DNA of 61,003 nt, the filler included, from Sphacelaria rigidula (Eukaryota), in the NCBI GenBank assembly GCA_964200075.2. It is 7 parts of 7 records of this genome, joined end to end, with 100 filler letters (N's around TTAATTAATTAA, not from the genome) between each part and the next. Parts side by side here need not be neighbours in the genome. Positions count along the whole stretch, not along the records: positions 43,648 to 52,275 come from CAXNAA020010558.1; positions 52,376 to 61,003 come from CAXNAA020010559.1; 5 more parts are not named here. One strand, given 5' to 3'. Numbering within the stretch: position 1 is the stretch's first letter; each line of letters starts with the position of its first letter. This document shows positions 46,900 to 60,022 of the stretch, in pieces. The position numbers were made by a program, and so were the translations under genes. The notes below the pieces were generated by a model. The model was not told the DNA's origin. It did not search any database and worked only from the letters and a program-made list of their open reading frames with translations.

Positions 46900-48871
46900 G
46901 AGGCCCACCGCGAATAACCATAGTCATCCGTTTGCTTCTCGACGGCATTCGAGCTCGGGTGCAGCGTGGTTCCAGGTATACCAGGGACGCGGACAAGGAT
47001 GCGTTTTGTCCCCACTTCTGTCTAACATCTTCGGTGCGGCCTTCATGGACGTGATCGCACAGCCGTTCGCGGTGGACCCAGCCATCCCATCATATCAGAT
47101 TTGATATTTCTAGATGGTGCACCAAAAGGTGACGGCCGTGAACCTCTGGAAGAGATGACGCTGGAAAAGGTACGGCGGGTGGCGCGGGCAATGCTACATG
47201 CGGATAAACCCGACATAGTCTCGAGGTCTCCAGACGAGCTTGCTGGAATGATGGGCCGTGGTAGTGGTGGCCTCTCAGCAGTTCGATTTGACGGTATTGG
47301 AGAGTAAGACAAAGTCCATGCGCCTGTGGCCAGTACCCAGATCCGCCGACACCGCCCTGCATATCAGTGCGGCCAGTAAGCGGTATAAGCAGACGACCAA
47401 GTTTGTCCACCTTGGTAGTGCCGTCAGCGTGGATGTACAAATTTCCATTGAAATCAACCGCCGCATCAGCGCTGCGTAAGCACTCATCCGAAAGCGGTTT
47501 CCCCCACTCTACGATCGACCCAACGCCCAGTGTCAGTAAGTGTCCTACTACTGTTGAAGGCGGGGACGGCGGAAGCTCTGTTATGTACGGATGTGCTACA
47601 CTGACGCTGCGTTCCGAGGGCTTTGACAGTCTGCGCATTGCCCACCACAAGCTTTTGCTGCGAGTGGTTGGATTTCGCAGGGAAGGTCGAACGGGCTACA
47701 GGACTCTTTCGTACAGAGCTATGCTCGAGAATACCAACTGCGAACGCATCGACGTGACTATCCGCAACCGTTAACTCTGGTTCACGAGGCCCTTGCCAGG
47801 CAGGACGAAAAACATATCCCAAAACGCGTCATGCATGGATGGTTAGCCGCACAAGGGCCGAAGGAAGCGGGCCAGCCTCCCAAACACTGGGGTGGGGCAA
47901 CCTCGAGGAGAACCGATGTGCACTAGGAGCCCTTCCATGCAAAGGAGCACAACGGAAATGGTCCATCTACGGTATAGCGGATAACAACGCCTACGGCTGG
48001 GTCACTGCGGCGGTGAAGCATGGGCGTATTGCATTTTTGAGTCGATAAAGGGGCGGGAGAGTTCGAGGACACGTGGCGACTCGAAGACGAACGCGAATCG
48101 GACCTTCGCCACGAACGAGAGGCTGCGCTGCTGCGATGAGAGCCGGCACTCGGAGAGCTGCCACGGCTAACACAACAACAATAGCAACAACTCGCGAAGG
48201 GTCCGGGATGGGAATGGCTGAGATAATTGCCTACTTCGTACCCGACTAGGGGTGGTTGAGGTACGCTGGCCTAACGGAGACTGATGTACCCCTGTCTTCT
48301 CCCGTAGGCTGTTGATTTTGTCCTCGGTCGGCGGTCTTGCGGTACTCCCTGGTTCGTGTCTCGGTGTCTGTTTTGCTGTACGGTGTCCTCAGGCTTCATC
48401 ACTTCCGTCGTCTTCTTCTCTGTTCTCTCTTCCCCTCTCCATCTCTCTCTCTATATGTGTATTCTTTCCACCCGCTGTATGCAAGTCGCAGCTTGGTGCC
48501 TCGCTTCTTCGTAGGGTTGCGGTGTGAGAGCTCATACCCATGATCGTATTGCCGAAATAGATAAGCCGTAATCGTTGCCACGGTGTGTTCTCTTTTATTT
48601 GATAGGGTATGAATGCGTGTGCTTTCGCGTAAGACCTTTTCCACTTGAAGTCACGATGCAGAGGCCAGCCACTCCTCGCCCTTATTTTTTTCTCGTCCTC
48701 GCGTTGTTTACTTGTTTGCTTTTGAGTTTGCCTTTTGTGCCTGTTCCACCTTTCTGTTTCCTTCACGTCCCTTCGGTACGTCTATCATGTGGATAATGGC
48801 TGCCTGGATCATGACTCCTGGGAGGATCAGTAAATGTGCGGCTATCAACCAATCAATGAGATCAATCAATC
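46900..48871 (+). mobile_element. 5'-truncated, decayed non-LTR retrotransposon (RTE-like): reverse transcriptase remnant, 3' UTR and (TCAA)n tail
   Basis: Frameshifted RT motifs QGCVLSPLLSNIF, AMLHADK (decayed LYADD), FDLTVLESKT, FVHLGS...EINRRI and MYGCAT, with several stops. Confidence 0.9.
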
Positions 48872-48889
48872 AGAGGCGAATGATGCTTG

Positions 48890-49340
48890 ATGACCTCGTT
48901 ACGACAACAGCGCTAAAATCTGTGGTGCATACCCACCGCGTAGCCAGTAGTCTGTGCATGCTGGAGGTGGAGGAGGCGTGCATTCTTCAAACAACACCTC
49001 TCACGATTGGGCTTGTTCAATCAAATGAAAAACGTCCAGATACACGCCTCCCAAGCAGGCGGAGTCCGGCTCAGGCCAGGCGGTATCGTGAGGGCTGTCG
49101 ATGGACGTTGCTGATTTGAATTGCAGAGGCACATCATGCCTGACCACCTCATCACAGCAGCTTCAGTTCAATAGCTGTAGTGCATATCCACCGCGAATTT
49201 CATAATCCATGTACTGTATGCAGGAGGTTGGTGGGAACGTGCATTCCCCGAACAATACTCCCCACGATTTGGCGTGTTCAGTCAAACACGACAAGCCGAC
49301 ACACACACCACCTCAGGAGGTGCGATTTGGCTCAGGCTGA
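48890..49340 (+). repeat. Diverged direct repeat, period ~255 bp
   Basis: CTGTRGTGCATAYCCACCGCG...GTGCATTC...CACGATT...GGCTCAGGC at ~48920 and ~49175. Confidence 0.7.
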
Positions 49341-50597
49341 GCGTTTGTGTAATAGCTGCCGGTAGCCGCTGCCGCAAGGTGGGCCACCAATAGATGTGAA
49401 AAGAGCCGGAAGAATTGCAAAACTGGCAATAGTCAGCTCTGAGGATTGAATGATGTCAGACATATTTTCATTTTCCTTTACAAGAGATTCTCGTGTACCA
49501 CTGGGCGATTTTTGAATGCGAGGGATCGAGGTTCGTTGAAAGGCTGTGAGGTTTGTTGACGAGGTAGACGCGCACTGCGCGGCAGGCATAGCTTCGTATA
49601 CACAATGAGAATGGGATTGATCGGAAGGTGAAGTCATCATGTGCCCCGTCTATCAGCGAAACTCGATCCATCCCGTCTTATGTGCTGATGGATCACGCAA
49701 GTCACCGCCCTCCTTACGCTGTTTAGGTCGCCACAGCGTGTGAGTGAAGCTGGGCAAAGGGTACTGTCTGCCGATCGGGAAAAATTGTTGAGACAATTGA
49801 CTAAACAGTCGGGCGTGCGTTCCACGCTTGATGCGAAGTGGGTGGATTAGTCGAGTGTCACCATGCCCTTCTCTTCGTCCATCAATATCATTCATGGTCC
49901 CATCAAAGTAGGGGCTACAAGTGTATTGTTCGCTGCGTGCTGATGACGGTACGATGGGCATCACCATGTTGTGGTGGTCAGCGCCGGGTAGACTAGAGCA
50001 AACCTTCAGGTTGGACACTGCTGTAAGAGAAACGCACAAATATGGAAATGATAGGTGTGGTTTCTATGTAGCCGTATCTAACCTTGGCCGAGAGTCGACT
50101 GTCCGCTGTATATAAGCACCATCACCATTGTCTCGATGCGGATAGATGCGAAGAATTTTCCTGACGTTCACAGTGATCTATCTGTATCGGCTAGTTAGGC
50201 TTCGCGACTGAACTACGTGTGATCTCTCTCTATGCTAATGATTCCGATATGATGTCGGCTCCTCTGGTGACAAACAACACGTCCATTTTTCTGTGTCACC
50301 TGCTTCGATATAAAAAATGTCGTGTTACTATGATAGGCTCATTTCATGCATATCACATGAAAGTGGATGCATAAAATTTCGTGTCGAAACCAACTCGCCA
50401 GCGTTCCGAAGCGTTCCTCCCCTCTGCATTTTGATAGTGCCGCTCATGACCATGGCCTGGTGAATGGTGCCTCTGTCATCAAAATAAACGTGGTACGATG
50501 CACACAACACCACACGAGTTCCCACCGAAACGATCCTTGTGTTGGAGTAGCTGAGCAGGGACTAGGCTCAGAGCCATCGCGTATAGGCCGGGGGTTC

Positions 50598-50600
<3 letters not shown>

Positions 50601-50674
<74 letters not shown>
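50601..50674 (+). repeat. (GT)37 microsatellite
   Basis: Direct reading. Confidence 0.97.
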
Positions 50675-50676
<2 letters not shown>

Positions 50677-50969
50677 CTAGGCTGCGCGAACACAACGTGG
50701 CATCAAAATTCTTCCATGCGCGTATTTTAATTCCATCCCAAAACAACCATCATTTTTCTGTGTCCGCAGTGAGAAACACAACCTCCGCCGTTGCTCTGAC
50801 CCATAATTCGATTCACCGCCGATATGCGGCAAACTTCCACCAATTTAACGCCAGGAATAGATCTTCCTAACAACGCCGCGTTTGTTCAAGAACGTAATCA
50901 TGACTAGATAGCTATCGAGCTTCCACCACCCGTGCACATGTTTTTCGTGCAGAACTGTTTCGATTTTAG

Positions 50970-51760
50970 GCATACAGACAAGTGATACGTATCGTATCCC
51001 GAAACTCGATACATTTGACCCAAACATATCTTGGATGTATCGATTCGACATCGCCTAAAATCGCGCAATATCTCGATACCATATATAATGTCGTATCACG
51101 CGATACATCGTGCATATCCCGCAAAGTATCGTGCGGTACGTGATATCGCACGATACATTGCGGAATAATATATATATATATATATATAGAATATTTCGAA
51201 CTCACGAGCGTGAAGCATACTTTGTAACGAGGCGTCCACGAGATTCAATGCTGATTTTGGTGTGCAAGTTCCTCCGCACCCGCCCCGGGAGATGGCTGTT
51301 CGGGCCAATGCCAATGCTAGGGGTCCGGTCAGCGGATTCGTACGTTACTTTGTGCGGGGGTACACATGCGTTCGCGACTGTTCGAACGGACGCGCGATCG
51401 CGGTGGTCCTGCAATGCTTCCGGCGGGCATGAACATTTCGACAGGGGATCTATTCTCACGAGGGCTTGGCAAGGCAAGAATACCGAGATTCTCGAGAAAG
51501 ACGGACTAGACCCGGGGCTGCGCCCCGGGTCTCGTGCGGCTTGTACAATATACGATATGTATGTGCAGTTTCATGTGCGAAAAACCAGGTTGGTTTAGGA
51601 CGCTAAATGTCTTGGGGAAATTCGGAGGTGAACATCCGGACATCGCAACCGATATCATACATCACGGGGTAAGATGTATCGAATATCGTATCGTGTCGCG
51701 ACTGCTTTACAACAGATATCGAGTATCATACCGCGCCGATTTGTTTCGTGATAAGCACTA
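50970..51760. mobile_element. Remnant with clustered TATCG/CGATA subterminal-type motifs (hAT-like)
   Basis: Dense TATCG/CGATA words at 50984-51160 and 51650-51725. The right end reads TAGTGCTTATCACG on the minus strand. Left terminus not found. Confidence 0.45.
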
Positions 51761-52150
51761 CTAATAATGCACACTTTCACTGCCCGGGAAAAGCAGAATC
51801 CCCCGGAAAGGTGTCCCACAACACAACACAGTAGGGGAACACGGTCGCTTGGTGCGTCTCGATCAGACATTCCGTGCAGCCGCTCCATATGCGGACTTTC
51901 TGGTTGTGGTTTTTGTCGGCCAGTGCTGCAGCAGGAATTGTCGCTGACGTGATGTGCGCGTGAACTGTACCGTCGCTTCATCCTCCGCCATATCCTACAG
52001 ACCGTGCCGTCTCTTACTCTTCTCTTTTCGTCTTCTACGATGGGCACAATACTTCGTTACCGGCGTCATTACCTCGATTTTTCAGTCACTCAATGATTGC
52101 CGGCGAGAACCCGGCGTGCTCCGTCCCGGCTTTGTACGGGCGGATCCCCG

Positions 52151-52275
52151 ATGGGGTTGACATCGGTTGGCGATGACGGTATAAAATACGCCACTCAAGC
52201 GCGCAAAACAAAACGGTAGCTGCCGCAGTGAGTGGCGTATTTTATACCTTCATCGCCAACCGATGTCAACCCCAT
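52151..52275. repeat. 125-bp hairpin: 47-bp arms (1 mismatch) and a 31-nt loop, ending exactly at the contig end
   Basis: 52151-52197 matches the reverse complement of 52229-52275. Confidence 0.95.
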
Positions 52276-52479
52276 NNNNNNNNNNNNNNNNNNNNNNNNN
52301 NNNNNNNNNNNNNNNNNNNTTAATTAATTAANNNNNNNNNNNNNNNNNNNNNNNNNNNNNNNNNNNNNNNNNNNNTGTTTTGTGCTTCTGTGATCGTACG
52401 CACCCAAGCAGTCGTAAACTCGAGCAAGCAGCACCTGATGGGCAATCGTATCGGTTCATGAAAACCAGCATGCCTCGAA

Positions 52480-52670
52480 CGGCAGTACGAGTGGAGTACT
52501 GCTGTTCAGCCGGCGGAGTACTGCTGCAGCTTAAAAGACCGCTGTACACCGGCAGTGTAGCACTGCTGTCCAACAGCAGCGGAGTGCTGCTGCAGCAGCA
52601 AGGACTGCTGTTGGCTGCAGCAGCAGCGGAACTGCTGTAAAACCTCGGTCTGCACAGGTGCTGCACAGCT
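52480..52670. repeat. Degenerate CAG/CTG-rich low-complexity tract
   Basis: Many CTGCTG and CAGCAG words in both orientations. Confidence 0.7.
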
Positions 52671-54287
52671 CGTATTCCACAACAATTCCAGAGACTGACG
52701 GTATGCTGCACAAAGGGGTTCAGGCGGGCGGCAAAGATTAGGAGCATAGTAAACAGTACATTTTTCGTGCCCATGTAATCTATGGCCGAAGTATCATGAC
52801 CAAAATGGGGAATACCTCTAGCAGGCGGGGTAGTCCATGTCAGTCCATCTCAGATGACCATTCTGTGGGTATGGGCTCTTTTCAAGGGTGTGACGCTCCC
52901 AAAAATTCCAGCAGCCGTTATTACTCGGCACTCCGTTGACGTTGTGATGTCCGTCAAAACATTTTCCCGGCGTGTTCGATATAAATAACAATGTGTTCGC
53001 TTGTGATCGAGTGTTGGAAGCTTTCCGGGGCTCGAAAACTCGGAAGCAATGTGGGTGTAGCTCAGTGCAGTGAGCCAATTGTAGCACCCTGTTTTCTGCT
53101 ATTTTCGATTGAATATCCCGTGCCAGGGGATGGAGGATACGCCGTAACTGTTGGTCGTCGCAGCTCTTGATCAAGGTGGACCATGTTATTGATCGATTGA
53201 TTGTCGCACCTTGACTGATCCCTCAGGTGTCCAGCCGTGGTCGTATGATGGACGTAGCTAAGAAAAGAAAAAACATGTTAAACAGGTTTGTATTTACTTC
53301 TTCTGTGCCTGAAGCGGTCGCACTGAGTGGAACCTGTGTGGTCCAAGGTCTTTCAAAATCAGTTGATGAAATGAGTGCTAAAGTGACTCATTTTTGTAAA
53401 TCCTCTAGTGGAGTGCTCACCTCGACAAGTGCGTTTCTTGTAGAAATCGGGTGTATCGGGCTGGCAGAGACCACTGTGCACCGGCTACCCTTGTCGACAC
53501 CTGTTCGCTACCAGATACTGCCAGAGTCTGGGGGCTCAGCAGCAGCCATTACCCAACGTGCAGTGTGCATACCGTACTGCATCTTACCCTGTTGAGCGGT
53601 ATGCGTTGTTTCAATCCTGAGGACGGGAGTGCAACTCCGACTGTGCACGTACATGGGGAGAGAGGTAAAACATGCGACTGTTTTTCTTCGTGTTGATGTT
53701 GATCATATTCCCGTCGCCGCGTATGCTGAGAGTCTTGAGAATAACACGCGTCTCCACACATGTGGTACAACGATGTTTTGAGGTTGGGGGTCTTGGATAC
53801 CATTGGGAGTGAGAAGTGGTCAATTAATGTATGAAATGGTTTCAGGTCCGAAAAGGCCCCTCCCGAAGGCTCGATACGTTTTCTGTAGAAGCTTGCCACT
53901 GTAGCCTTTGACATCTCTAACTAGGTTACCAACGTGTAGCTGTGAACATACGACAGTGCTACAGGCAGACGAAAAGCACACAGAAAAAACGAAAAGACTA
54001 GTCAAGTTGGAGCCAAAAATGAAAGTGAGTGAACGGCAGGCCTGTCTCTCTCACGACAGCATTGTTGTTTGTACGCTGTCTGTCTGCACGTGACTGGAGT
54101 GTGCTTCGTACGACTTGATTTCTTGAATTTCGTCACTTGGTTGTGGTTGCCATGTGCACTACTGTGCATAATGGGTGTTGTCCCCGTTGTTAGAGTGCCG
54201 GTTCTCCTCACAAGTTCAAGCCACTTGCTGACTTTACCCATGCTTCTGGTTGATCATGGTGTCATTGTTTCTCGTGTCGCTGTGCAG

Positions 54288-54497
54288 GGTCCGCGGCGAA
54301 TGATCGGTCGGTGCTTTGCGGGTTTTACGACACCAACGGCGGTCCCGAGTGGCTCGAAGGGACGCGGAGAAAGTGGAAGACATCCGAGGACCTATCGCAT
54401 TGGGCTGGCGTTACCGTGAATGCGGAGGGGCGTGTTATTAGGCTGGATCTGTCTGGCGAACGTTCTTTTGACGGTAGCGGAAGCAACAAGTTGACGG
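54288..54497 (+). CDS. LRR N-terminal cap exon, ROCO/LRR-receptor type (DRSVLCGFYDTNGGPEW...LSHWAGVTVNAEGRVIRLDLS...NKLTG)
   Basis: TGCAG| acceptor, ACGG|GTGAGC donor, 210 bp, phase 1/1. Matches the DRxxL..GG..W...W.GV.V...GRV..L.L cap of brown-algal LRR proteins. Confidence 0.88.
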
Positions 54498-57004
54498 GTG
54501 AGCGACTCTTACAACGGGAACGACGGTGTGCGGTCATGCAGGCCGCGATATGTTCGGTCGGTCCTTGCCATGAGCTGTGTTGGTGACAGTAGTAGTCTGC
54601 GGGTTGAGCACGACCAATTCTTGCCCGCTTCCCCCTGGAGAGCCGCAATCAACCTTTTCATCACGCGTGTGAAGGCCCTGTCGTGGGTTGGTCTGGATAC
54701 AGTCATCGATAGGCCGAGCATACAGAAGGACGTGATCGGACGCGAGCGGTTTTATTCCCCCTCTGTCCTTGCTCCCTGTAAATCAATGACGTAATTATTG
54801 GCAAAGTGTAGTAGATTATGACAGTCGCTCAGTTGGCGTACGTCGACGCGAGCGACCTGTTCCTTCTGTTTTCTACACATTGAATATATCTAGATATTGC
54901 AGTGATGTTGGGACTTTCTCACCGGAATGTGCGAAGCGATTGCATGAGTGATGCGCTACAGGGTGTACGCCTCGGACCGAGGAATTTCAAGCCACGTCGC
55001 CCATGTGCAGGACTCTAGCGACCGACAGATTTTACACACAGTATGATGCTCAAAATTGCTTCATCGTGGTTCAACCAAAAGGCGTCCAGTGACTCTTTGA
55101 AGTCACTGGACACGAACATTGTACTTTTTCGTGTTATTGCCCAGTCCCATCATGCTACGGCTCTGTCGGTTTGTCTTGACTTGGCTTGGCTTGCCCTGTC
55201 CTGACTTGTACCGTATGCCGACCTCGGTAGTTTCCGTATTTTGAATCTTGGCCTGTCACGGCCCGAGTACCATGAAGCCGATGATACGGTTCTCATCTTG
55301 GTTCGTCCTTTGAAACCGCATGTAACCTTGTATCGTGTCTTCTTGGACCATGACTCTACGATGATCGCACGGGCGCTAGGTTTTTTGGAAAAGTTGCAAA
55401 GAAAAAACAGTCCACAGTTCAAAGCAAAGAAGTTGTCCAACCACTATCTGACCGTACGCTCCCCGACTTCGCTCAATCGCTTGGGCGACAGATGTGCTTT
55501 CCGAACAAATTTGCTGGCTAACCCTCGACATCCGTGACCCCGACTATACTACAATAGCTGAGCAGCTCCCAGCTGTTTAGAAGTAGCATCCAAGATGACC
55601 GACTGCACCGTGGATCCCGTGGTGGCCAACTCCTTAGTCACGGCTGCTGTCCCACTGACGCCTGTTACTTTTGCATATCATCCCCGGTGTCGATCTGAGG
55701 TCCGTTTCAGGGGGATCGGCACCCAACGTAATAACAAATCCTTCAGTCCAGATATTATCGGTCAATCCCCGCCGACGAAACAAGAAGAGGTTCAACGAGC
55801 TGGGCCAGCCTAGAGGTGGATTTGAAGTTTGCAGGCCCACGCTCTTTTATACATCTAGAGTTGGGCCCGGAAATTTGGTACGTACAATATATAGGGCATG
55901 AAGAAAAAAATACTCCTGTACCAAAATTTCAGGGTCCAACTCTGGATGTACAAAAGAGCATGGGCCTATCGAAACCGGATCGGTAAAAATTCGGAACAGT
56001 ATTTTGCAGGCCACTCACCGCCCCACGTTTGGTTTCCGTGTATTGATATTTGGTATGGGGGCTCTCTAAGGCATATTCAACAAAACAAATAGGCCAGGTT
56101 GATTTTTTCCCATTTTCCCACTGGTTTAGGGCGTTCTACTATGGTGAATACCATTTTTACACGAAAACGCCTTTACCTCCATTTAAAGAAGAAATGGAAG
56201 GCCCATTTTGTTTGAATTCGGCACTCATTTGTGATTCCCCCACCAACATTTGTCGCCATCCGCTTAATGCATCGATCGGGAGTTTCATAGAGGTTCTAGT
56301 ATTGGCAAGGTATTGGCGCTATCTCCCTATTTTATAGAAATTACTAGACATGGGGTTCAATCAACGAGAAAATATGGGCGCAAACTTTTGAGCAGATGAG
56401 CACCTTCCCTTGATTAGACGATTAATACGATATGCGGATCACGGCCCAACTCGTCTGCGTCGATGAGATATTGCTTTTAGAGCTTAAATTCGTTTTTAGG
56501 CTGGCCCAGCTCGTAAATGTTACATTTCTGAACCACCACAGCACTTGCAGGTGACCATGAAGTCTTAGCCTCCTACGGACTTCGATGAACACAAGCTTGG
56601 CCTCCCCACCGCGGGGGCGAAGCACGGGATCGGCTTTCGTAAATGACGGGGGCTTCGTCCAGGGCTCCACCATTTGGTTCTACTCGTCCACCCTCACATC
56701 GGCCTCTATCTGAGCGTCAAAGCCTCAATATAACTACTCGTTACTTGTCCGGGATACGAACACTCTGAGGTGCTCACACGCCACCTCGTTCGGCACAGAT
56801 GTACAGTAGTGTGGTGCACAAACTTTGAGAACGTGCTTGATCCCGCTAGTCGCCGGGTGCTGAGGAGTCCTCCCGTGCGTGAGATTGGATCCCCTCTGAC
56901 TGGATTTACATTCGCCACAGACGACTGAAGAGCGTTGCTACGAGTGTGCTGTACCCGGATATCTGAACGCAGCTCCATGCGTGACTCGCCTTCGTGACAT
57001 GCAG

Positions 57005-57073
57005 GTTCACTGGTGGCGCTTGGGGAGCTGGGTGCTCTCGAGGAGCTCAACCTGTCTTTTTGCCAATTAACGG
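57005..57073 (+). CDS. Single-LRR exon, 69 bp (GSLVALGELGALEELNLSFCQLTG)
   Basis: TGCAG| acceptor, ACGG|GTGAGA donor, phase 1/1, LxxLxxLxxLxLxxCxLxG pattern. Too short for the ORF track. Confidence 0.88.
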
Positions 57074-59541
57074 GTGAGAGTCTAGATGAAACTACTGTTA
57101 TCGGCTCTCCCTAGGAAAATAGAAAATGTACCGGCAATGGTTAGAAATGCGAGGGTGATGGTTGCAACTTTTCACTCGGTGTGTGCTGAAGGGACCACGG
57201 GCATGAACACAGTAAACTATCTTGTACTCAGCCTCCGACATCGAGATATGACAGGCATGGGCATGACAATTGCTCCGGAAGAGCCGACTTCCACGTACGA
57301 CGAGGTCTGTGTTGGCCTTTCCGTTTGTTCATATGTCAAGTGCGACACTTTTTTTTGTGAAATTCCGACATGTACGTTGTGAGCGCTGTATGGGGCAGTC
57401 TGATGGAGATACCGCGGTTTTGTCTGATCGGACCGGCTGATATGATGATACACTACCCCCCAAGAAATTGTGGTTTTCGCCCAACTGCATGGTTCGTTTT
57501 TTTTATCCTGCCTCCTTTTCTGTCACGAGAGTTGCTGTCTGACGATGGAGAGCAAAATGCAGTATGATAATAGCATTACCTTGCTCCTCGCGTAATGTGC
57601 TGACGGCGTGTTGAGTTTTGTAGTATTTGCGACTGCGTTGCATCGAGTTCGGTAGGTCAGTCGAGGCCGCTCTTTTCAATGCGGCCGTCCGACAGATGGC
57701 AACAAACAAGTTTAAGGCCACTGAGTGGTCCAGGCACCTGTTCGTCCCTTACCGTCACCCGCAGGACCTTGAGCGAAATCCCAGCTACGTGACCCTCTTC
57801 ACTTATCCATGGTGGTCAGTATGATGCGGCGTGTGCAACTATTGTATAGACACCCCAAAGCCTTCGCTGATCAATGAAGTTCGAACATTCATTCTGATCC
57901 AGCCTGTACTGATCTACGCTTCGGGACTAATCCTATCCTTTTTCACCTCTCAGCTTCAAATTCTTGGTAGCTAAGATTCAATTGGTATTTCCTGTACATG
58001 GTGACGTTTGAAATGCAGTATGGTGAGGGTTTTGGGTAATGGGTGCCTCAAAAATGTTTTCTCATGGGTTGATTCAAAGTATATCATTACCATCTAGAGC
58101 AGTTGAACATCTTTTCCCGGAAATATGCTATCTTGAGGTGCGGATAATAATCTGGAATTCTTTGTTCTGTTATATCATCTCTTGTTGTTCTGTACCCTTA
58201 ACTTCTGCTCTGGTCATGTGATGCGGACGCCTCTTGTTTTCGTGGGCCAACTATCCAAAATAGTCAAGATGAGGGAATAAAACGAAGATCAAGTAGGACC
58301 CTGAAACCTTGACGCAAAAACGATACTACAGAACAAAATCATACTAACCCCATGAGGTTCAGTGCCGCAGTCGACCATTCGGACTACTGCAGATCAAACC
58401 TAACGCTCCCGCTCGGCACGCAATGCTATAGTCACAGTCAGGAAAAATAAACTATTTTACGTCCGACACAAAACAACAGGTTTTAGAAATGGAGATGATG
58501 GTGATGATAAAGCCTATCTGCGTCTTGGAAGTGCAATTTTATTCCTGGGTTACCATTCGAAATATTGTCACTTTTCAGATAATCTCGGAGGTTTTCCTCG
58601 TTCGCTGCACAGTAGCAGGTGTAAGTTTTTTCCCAACGATATATTTGTTGTATTAGCGTTCAAAAACTTCAGCGCCCCGGGTGGTGTAAATTAAAAAGAT
58701 CTTATTGTCGCCGTTAGGGTGGAAAGAACGAGGGTTCAAATTCCGATGCGTGGGGTTCTTCCTCAGAGGTATCCGATTTCCATCGTCGGAAGCGTTTTAT
58801 CAATAGTACGTCATCAATAATGCGAGAGTAAGGAGTGAGGAGTAAGGTTGACTGAGTTGGTTTGACGAGAGTTGACGCGGTGCGGGAGCGCTGACAACGA
58901 TAAGGGAAACCAAGTTGAAAGGCGTGGAGCAGGGGGGAGGGGGGAGGCATACTCATGTGTTACTTGGCTTGGTCGTTCGACCTTTGACCACGCATCCTTC
59001 TCAAGACGGAGCACCGTTCCTACTCCTAATAGACATACCTCCAACATTTAGGTACCATTAGGCGTGTACCGGGGATACATGTATAGGTGGCGCAATTTTG
59101 CAGTTGCGTTGAAAACATGTCAGCCGTCGTGTTCACCGGAAAGCGCGTCACGTTGTGGACACGCTCCAACTCGCACAGAAAACGGCTGAGCTGCGACCGT
59201 GACAGCAAAGGCATTCCAAGATAGTCTCACCATGCTGGACCCTTTTGCTTAGATATGTCCTTTTTATTCACAGGCGAATGCATTCCGCATTCAGCCCCGT
59301 AGTCTGTGCTGGGAGGGTCTTCCAAATGTACCCTTAAACCAGGGGTAGGATATTTATCCCACGCTTCAAGTCAATGTCGGAACGTTTGGACTTGAGGCTT
59401 GCGCCGCACACGAAGACTCGCTCGCAAATCATACAGGTGCAGATTTGGCTCACCAGCGTGGCACGTTGAAGGTAGCAGCGTTGGTATCTGTCTCAACCCC
59501 GTTCATATTTGGACGCAAAATTTGCGCCCAAATTCGTGCTA

Positions 59542-60022
59542 AGGTCGGATGTTATGGCACACAGATTTTTGGCCAACGGGATCGTTCACTTATGAGACGT
59601 TTGTTCCACCTTTTGACCCCCAAACAGGAAAAACCGCCAACACACGTCTTGGACACTTTGCATCACCCCACAGAGAGTAGCCTAGTCTGCTTCACTGATT
59701 CGCTTGGCTCCGAGGTTTCGAGATTGGCCGCTGAGCAAGAATTCTTTTTCAAAAATCTGTGCTTGCCGTCCCCCGCCAGTTTGCCCAATAATATGGGGAG
59801 ATCGCCGTAGATTTTATTGCACACGGATTATTGTTTGGCGGCCGCTCTCGAAACCTTGGAGCCAAGCAAATCCGAAAAGCAGACTAGGCCCCTCTCTGTG
59901 GGGTGCAAAGTGTCCAAAATATATGTTGACGATTTCCCTGTTTTGAGATCAAAAAGTGGCTCAAACATCCCAAAAGTGAACAATCTGTGAGCCGAAAATC
60001 TGTAAGCCATAACGCCCGGCCT
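59542..60022. mobile_element. ~480-bp foldback element with ~190-bp inverted arms
   Basis: AGGTCGGATGTTATGGCACACAGATTTTTGGC pairs with GCCGAAAATCTGTAAGCCATAACGCCCGGCCT, and TTGGACACTTTGCA with TGCAAAGTGTCCAA. A related arm lies at 16944-17100. Confidence 0.88.

Noticed and set aside
38943-57073. An immune or antiviral gene cluster of EsV-1-7 and LRR genes
   Set aside because: The genes sit on different unlinked contigs.
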